From Candidatus Arthromitus sp. SFB-rat-Yit (lineage in GTDB: Bacteria > Bacillota > Clostridia > Clostridiales > Clostridiaceae), in assembly GCF_000283555.1 (NCBI RefSeq), contig NC_016012.1, positions 930,001-962,000 on the forward strand: a stretch of 32,000 bases of DNA, read 5' to 3'. The notes beneath the pieces are model-generated. The model had not been told where the DNA came from, ran no database searches, and was given only the letters and a program-made list of their open reading frames with translations. Shown piece after piece: positions 27,098-32,000 of this stretch. The translations under genes and the position numbers were made by a program. Each line of letters begins with the position of its first letter. The stretch's first letter is position 1.

Positions 27098-28492
27098 TCA
27101 TTTATCTTTAACTCTGTTTGCTAACAGAATGAATGGAGTCCATATACAAGTAGCTATAACAACATTCAATAATGCAACTCCAGCTGCTAAAATACTTCCA
27201 CCTGTTGAAAAGAAAGCATATAACCCAACGGGCATTACCCAAGGTACTTGAATATATACAGGCGGAATAACTCCAATAGCTGTAAAAAAGTATGCAACCA
27301 TTCCACAAATCGGCGGAACAATTAACCAAGGTATCAGGTAAACAGGATTTAAAACTATCGGCATACCAAATATTACAGGTTCATTTATATTGAACACTCC
27401 CATTGGTGCCGAAAGTTTTGCAACAGCTCTAGCGTCATCACGCTTTGAAAAAATAAAAATTGCAATTATCAATCCAAGAGTTATTCCTGATCCACCCATT
27501 TGTGCAAAGGCATCAATCGATCCTCTAGTCCACAAATATGGCATTCCTTGAGTTGTTCCATTTTGTGTAAAGTATTCTAAATTTTTAAGCAGTGCTGGAG
27601 TATAAACTCCTTCTATTATTGGAGCCATAACATTTGATCCATGCAATCCAAAGAACCATAATAGTTGTACTAGGAACAATATTATTATGACACTAAAGAA
27701 GCCTTGTGATAAAGATAAAAGTGGTTCTTGAACCCATTTTATTATTAAATCATTCGGATACAATCCTGTTGTTGAAATACAAATTTGTGTCAATATACCA
27801 AATGTGTACACAGTCACAACTCCTGGTATAATAGCAGCAAACGCATTACTTACTGCTGGTGGCACTGATTCTGGAAGTTTAATTGTAACTTTTTTAATCA
27901 TCAATTTTATGTAAATCATTGATGATAAGAATCCTACTATAAGACAAGTAAACAATCCAGATGCACTAGTATAACCTTGACCTATATATCCCCAAGCACT
28001 AACTCCTTGAAGAACAACGTCATTATTACTATTTAAAGCTACATTAAGTCCCATATTCCTAAGAGCTTCTAAAGAAGATAAATTTACATTTGGCAATATA
28101 AAATCAAAAATAGCACTCTGGTTCATACATGTAACAACCGACGCAAAAGCTACAATACCCCCAGCAACTGGATTAACATTATATGAGCGTGCTAAATTAT
28201 ATCCAAAGGCAAACGTAAATACGATTCCTAAAATAACAATCGAACCAAAATAAACATTACCGTTAATACTTATAATTTGGGACATTGATTCCACGAATTT
28301 ATTTCCAGGACCAAACCAAGTATTTGGAAGATCTCTCAAAAAAACATTCAGAAGTACAGCAATACTTCCAACCATTGTGATTGGCATTATTGCAACAAAT
28401 CCGTCACGAATAGCAACTAAATGCTTTTGACTTCCAATTTTGGAAGCAAAAGGCATAAAGTACTTTTCCATCCATTTTAAAAATGCATTCAT
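27098..28492 (-). CDS. celB: PTS cellobiose/lichenan EIIC
   Basis: 464 aa polytopic; FGPGNKFVESMSQIISINGNVYFG, FGLHGSNVMAPIIEGVYTP, APMGVFNINEPVIFGMPIVLNP. Confidence 0.95.
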   Translation of the reverse strand: MNAFLKWMEKYFMPFASKIGSQKHLVAIRDGFVAIMPITMVGSIAVLLNVFLRDLPNTWFGPGNKFVESMSQIISINGNVYFGSIVILGIVFTFAFGYNLARSYNVNPVAGGIVAFASVVTCMNQSAIFDFILPNVNLSSLEALRNMGLNVALNSNNDVVLQGVSAWGYIGQGYTSASGLFTCLIVGFLSSMIYIKLMIKKVTIKLPESVPPAVSNAFAAIIPGVVTVYTFGILTQICISTTGLYPNDLIIKWVQEPLLSLSQGFFSVIIILFLVQLLWFFGLHGSNVMAPIIEGVYTPALLKNLEYFTQNGTTQGMPYLWTRGSIDAFAQMGGSGITLGLIIAIFIFSKRDDARAVAKLSAPMGVFNINEPVIFGMPIVLNPVYLIPWLIVPPICGMVAYFFTAIGVIPPVYIQVPWVMPVGLYAFFSTGGSILAAGVALLNVVIATCIWTPFILLANRVKDK

Positions 28493-28527
28493 TACTTATA
28501 TATCTCTCTCCCTGATAATAATATAAC

Positions 28528-28830
28528 TTACTTACCAACTAGGCTTAAAGCTTGTTCTAAAACTTTTTCTCCATTCATAGTTCCATATGCTACCATATCT
28601 ATAACAGCTACTGGTTTATCCCCTGCAATACCCTTCATCTTTGTTTCTAAGAATCTAACTTGAGGTCCCAAGAGCAAAACATCAGCTTTTGGCAAATTAT
28701 CCGTTGCTTCAGATTCAGGAACAGCCCAAATTTCAGCTTCAATACCTTTTGATTTTGCTGAATCCTTCATTTTTGTAACCATCAAACTTGTTGACATACC
28801 TGCAGAACATACAAGTAAAATATTGATCAT
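28528..28830 (-). CDS. celA: PTS cellobiose/lichenan EIIB
   Basis: 100 aa; MINILLVCSAGMSTSLMVTKMKD phosphocysteine motif, VLLLGPQVRF. Confidence 0.95.
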   Translation of the reverse strand: MINILLVCSAGMSTSLMVTKMKDSAKSKGIEAEIWAVPESEATDNLPKADVLLLGPQVRFLETKMKGIAGDKPVAVIDMVAYGTMNGEKVLEQALSLVGK

Positions 28831-28883
28831 AATAAAACCTCCTAATTATCTCTTCATAAATATCAGATATTCAGAACAATATC

Positions 28884-28896
28884 ATGTTTAAAACAT
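28884..28896. promoter_or_regulatory. Palindrome ATGTTT-A-AAACAT in divergent intergenic region
   Basis: Perfect 6+1+6 inverted repeat between PTS and GH4 genes. Confidence 0.3.
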
Positions 28897-28932
28897 TTAA
28901 GCAATCATTTAGCAAAATTTTATTTCAAATTT

Positions 28933-28945
28933 TGAAAACGTTTCA
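28933..28945. promoter_or_regulatory. Possible LacI-family/CcpA operator
   Basis: TGAAAACGTTTCA (TGAAA-ACG-TTTCA), cre-like but one nucleotide shorter than the standard 14-mer. Confidence 0.4.
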
Positions 28946-29176
28946 TATTAATTTAATCATATTTATATAGACATGTCAATTTAAACATGTTATAAAATTA
29001 CTTATATTTGATTTAAGGAAACTATCAATTTAAAACTAATGAATTTTACATCAAATTTAAATATATTTACATTTAATAATTCTAAAAAAACTTCAAACAG
29101 TTAAACAAACTTTCTTAAATAATATGTTCATCTAATAATCTTATATAATTTTAAAAATAAGGAGACATTTTAGATT

Positions 29177-30502
29177 ATGAAAGCAATCAAAATTGTTACA
29201 ATTGGTGGTGGAAGCAGTTACACCCCAGAATTAGTTGAAGGTTTTATAAAAAGATATAGCAACCTACCTGTAAAAGAATTATGGCTCGTTGATATAGAAG
29301 AAGGTCGAGAAAAATTAGAAATCGTTGGAAATCTTGCAAAACGTATGGTTAGAAAAGCAGGTATACCGATGGAAATAATTCTTAGTTACGATAGACGTAA
29401 AGCTCTAAAAGGTGCTGACTTCGTTACAACTCAAATGCGTGTTGGTAGATTACCTGCTCGTATACTAGATGAAAGAATTCCTTTAAGTCATGGAATGATT
29501 GGACAAGAAACAAATGGTGTTGGTGGAATGTTTAAAGCATTCAGAACAATCCCAGTTATACTCGAGATTATTAAAGATATAGAGGAAATTTGTCCTAATG
29601 CTTGGCTCATAAATTTCACAAATCCAACTGGAATAATTACAGAAGCAATTTTAAAATATACAAATTTCAAGAAAGCAATAGGTCTATGCAACGTTCCTGT
29701 TAATATGATTGAAGGATTTGCAAAAATACTTGGTGTCAATGAAAAAGACGTAACTATGGAAATACAAGGTACAAATCATTTCATATTTGCGACAGATATA
29801 TTTGTAAATGGTAAATCAAGATTTCAGGAAGTTTTAGAAAAATACGCCTATTTGTCCGAAGAAGATTCAATACAAATGAAAAATTTCGTTTCCCTTCCCT
29901 ACTCCCCATCATTTATAAAAGGTCTAAATGCAATACCTTGCCCATATCACAACTATTACTTCTTCACAAAAGAACAACTCGAAGAAGAACTTGAACAATT
30001 TAAAAAAGGCGAAGTTCGTGGAGAAGTTGTATATAAAACTGAAGAGGAATTATTTGCACTATATAATAAAGAAGAATTACAAGAAAAACCTGAACAATTA
30101 TCTATGCGTGGTGGTGCTAAATATTCTGATGCTGCATGTAATCTGATTCAAAGTATTTACAATAACACAGGCGATATACAATATGTAAACGTAAAAAATA
30201 ACGGTGCTATATCAGACATACCAAATGATTGTGCTGTTGAGATTGCTTGCAGGATAACGGCAGATGGTCCAAAGCCAATTGCAACAGGCAATTTAAAACT
30301 TCAAATAAGTGGATATATACAAATGATAAAATCATTTGAAAGAATGGTTGCTGATTGTGCTATAAGTGGAGATAGAAATCTTGCTGTTACTGCACTCAAC
30401 ATGAACCCACTTTGTCCTAGTGACACTATTGCAAACATTGTTATTGATGAGCTTATCGAAGCACACAAAGAATACTTACCACAATTCAAAAAAAAGATGT
30501 AG
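29177..30502 (+). CDS. licH: GH4 6-phospho-beta-glucosidase (NAD+/metal dependent)
   Basis: 441 aa; VTIGGGSSYTPELVEGFI, GQETNGVGGMFKAFRTIPV, INFTNPTG, GLCNVP, GTNHFIF. Confidence 0.93.
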   Translation: MKAIKIVTIGGGSSYTPELVEGFIKRYSNLPVKELWLVDIEEGREKLEIVGNLAKRMVRKAGIPMEIILSYDRRKALKGADFVTTQMRVGRLPARILDERIPLSHGMIGQETNGVGGMFKAFRTIPVILEIIKDIEEICPNAWLINFTNPTGIITEAILKYTNFKKAIGLCNVPVNMIEGFAKILGVNEKDVTMEIQGTNHFIFATDIFVNGKSRFQEVLEKYAYLSEEDSIQMKNFVSLPYSPSFIKGLNAIPCPYHNYYFFTKEQLEEELEQFKKGEVRGEVVYKTEEELFALYNKEELQEKPEQLSMRGGAKYSDAACNLIQSIYNNTGDIQYVNVKNNGAISDIPNDCAVEIACRITADGPKPIATGNLKLQISGYIQMIKSFERMVADCAISGDRNLAVTALNMNPLCPSDTIANIVIDELIEAHKEYLPQFKKKM

Positions 30503-30516
30503 CTTAATGCTACATC
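30488..30516 (-). terminator. Intrinsic terminator for the ulaE strand, embedded in the GH4 3' end
   Basis: Minus strand GATGTAGC-attaa-GCTACATC followed by TTTTTTTT. Confidence 0.75.
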
Positions 30517-31358
30517 TTAAACACATCATCCAAAATATTCCTCAAAAATTTCACAGCATCCACACAAACTTCTCTCCAATTTTCATTACCAACATACCAA
30601 AACTCACCATTAAACATTCTAACTCCCATTTCTCTAAGAAGTATCACATTCTCTTTGAATTCCGTATGACCACGCCCAAACTCTATTTCTCTATAATGGT
30701 TAGGTATCGTTTCCTTAAGGTGTGCTGCAAATATATGACCTTTTCCACTTTTTATATCATCATTAACACTATGATTATACAAAAGGCTCGCATTTTTAAG
30801 ATTCCCAATATCTGGATAAACTCCAAGATATGGACTATTAATTATATTTACATAATGCATTGCCTTCTTAACTGTGTCCATAAAACTTGTTTCCATAGTT
30901 TCAAACCCAAGAATAACACCCTTAGTTGATGCAAGTTCTACGCATTTATATAAATTTTCTTCAAATATTTTTTCAGTTTCACTTGTTGATTCTTCATAAT
31001 AAACATCATACCCAGCAAGCTGTATTATTCGAACTCCTAGATCACTTGCGATATTAATAGCTTTCTCCATTATATCAAGAGATTTTTTTTGTATTTCTTT
31101 ATCCAAATGTCCTAAAGGGAATTTTCTATGAGCACTTAAACATATAGAGTTTATTTTTTGTCCACTCTCAAAAATATCATCTCTTAAAGACTTAATTTCA
31201 TGAGAAGTCCATTCAAGTCTTTTTAATTTTTCATCAGTTTCATCAATGCTCATTTCCAAATAATCAAATCCAAATTCACGATTCAAAGTTAACTTATCAA
31301 TCCAACTCAAATTTGATGGCATACTTTTTTCATACTGACCTAGCAAATAAGGTTTCAT
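30510..31358 (-). CDS. ulaE: L-ribulose-5-phosphate 3-epimerase (UlaE/SgaU) family
   Basis: 282 aa; LGQYEKSMPSNLSWIDKL, FDYLEMSIDETDEKLKRLEW, LSAHRKFPLG, KGHIFAAHLKET, GEFWY. Confidence 0.88.
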   Translation of the reverse strand: MKPYLLGQYEKSMPSNLSWIDKLTLNREFGFDYLEMSIDETDEKLKRLEWTSHEIKSLRDDIFESGQKINSICLSAHRKFPLGHLDKEIQKKSLDIMEKAINIASDLGVRIIQLAGYDVYYEESTSETEKIFEENLYKCVELASTKGVILGFETMETSFMDTVKKAMHYVNIINSPYLGVYPDIGNLKNASLLYNHSVNDDIKSGKGHIFAAHLKETIPNHYREIEFGRGHTEFKENVILLREMGVRMFNGEFWYVGNENWREVCVDAVKFLRNILDDVFKM

Positions 31359-31364
31359 TTAAAA

Positions 31365-32000
31365 TCACCCCTGTCCATAATAAGAGTTTGGTCCATGTTT
31401 CCTCTTAAAATGTTTATTTAAAAGTACTGTATCCATTTTTTCTAATTTATTACCTGTTAATTGATTACTCAAATATGCCATATTTGCACATTCTTCAAGT
31501 ACAACAGCATTATGAACTGCATCAAAAGCATCTTTACCCCAAGAAAAAGGTCCATGACTTTTAACAAGCACAGAAGGAACATGGTTCGCATCTATATTTC
31601 TTGTATTAAAAGTTTCAACTATAACTTTTCCAGTTTCAGCTTCATACTCTCCATTTATCTCTTTTTCATTCATATCCCTTGTGCAAGGAATATCTCCATA
31701 AAAATAATCTGCATGAGTAGTTCCCAAAGCTATTATATCTCTTCCAGCTTGTGCCCAAGCCGTAGCATATCTCGAATGAGTATGAACAACACCTCCCACA
31801 TCTTTAAAATTCTTATAAATTTCAATGTGAGTCATAAGGTCAGAACTAGGTTTTAAATTTCCTTCAATAACTTTACCATCCAAATCACAAACAACTATAT
31901 CGCTTTCTTTCATAACCTCATAATCAACACCGCTAGGTTTTATTAAAACTAATCCAGTTTCCCTATCAATTGCAGAAACATTTCCCCAAGTCATAATTAC
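31365..32000 (-). CDS. L-ribulose-5-phosphate 4-epimerase (AraD/UlaF) family, 5' end beyond window
   Basis: [60 protein letters not shown]. Family members have additional residues before TWGNVS, so the start lies beyond the window. Confidence 0.92.
   Translation of the reverse strand, partial: VIMTWGNVSAIDRETGLVLIKPSGVDYEVMKESDIVVCDLDGKVIEGNLKPSSDLMTHIEIYKNFKDVGGVVHTHSRYATAWAQAGRDIIALGTTHADYFYGDIPCTRDMNEKEINGEYEAETGKVIVETFNTRNIDANHVPSVLVKSHGPFSWGKDAFDAVHNAVVLEECANMAYLSNQLTGNKLEKMDTVLLNKHFKRKHGPNSYYGQG

Noticed and set aside
28970-28991. Short palindromes GACATGTC and AACATGTT in the PTS/GH4 intergenic region
   Set aside because: Eight-base palindromes are expected by chance in such AT-rich DNA and do not match each other's flanks.
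31461-31856. 131-aa plus-strand ORF within the ulaF-like gene
   Set aside because: Antisense to a strongly conserved epimerase.
1-32000. CRISPR array, toxin-antitoxin, restriction or phage/transposon module
   Set aside because: No regularly spaced repeats, cas, integrase or transposase-like proteins were found; gene content is core chromosomal.

Overview
This is an AT-rich chromosomal window from a flagellated, endospore-forming Firmicute. Clostridia or a segmented-filamentous-bacteria-like lineage is my inference from gene content, not shown directly. Most genes are on the minus strand. In order they are: a flagellar block (5' part of fliH, fliG, flgC, flgB, divergent flagellin) with fliE and fliF absent from their usual place; a cystine/DAACS symporter; a frameshifted acyltransferase; a stray cellobiose-type EIIA beside an Asp23 protein; the full spoIIIAA-AH operon; efp; a compact type IV pilus-like operon (pilO/N/M-like, four prepilin-like proteins, pilC, pilB); rqcH; a small Cys-rich ORF; a heme-uptake operon with a HugZ-like protein; ahpC; an EamA transporter; a beta-glucoside PTS/GH1 operon divergent from a GH4 enzyme; and ulaE/ulaF-like pentulose-phosphate epimerases. 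The strongest leads are: (a) a pilus-like machine with no recognisable canonical major pilin, two of its four prepilin-like proteins lacking Glu5; (b) two genes (spoIIIAA and one pseudopilin) whose conserved N-termini are open back to a Shine-Dalgarno with no ATG/GTG/TTG, implying ATT/ATA starts; (c) the missing fliE-fliF. No rRNA, tRNA, CRISPR or transposon was recognised.
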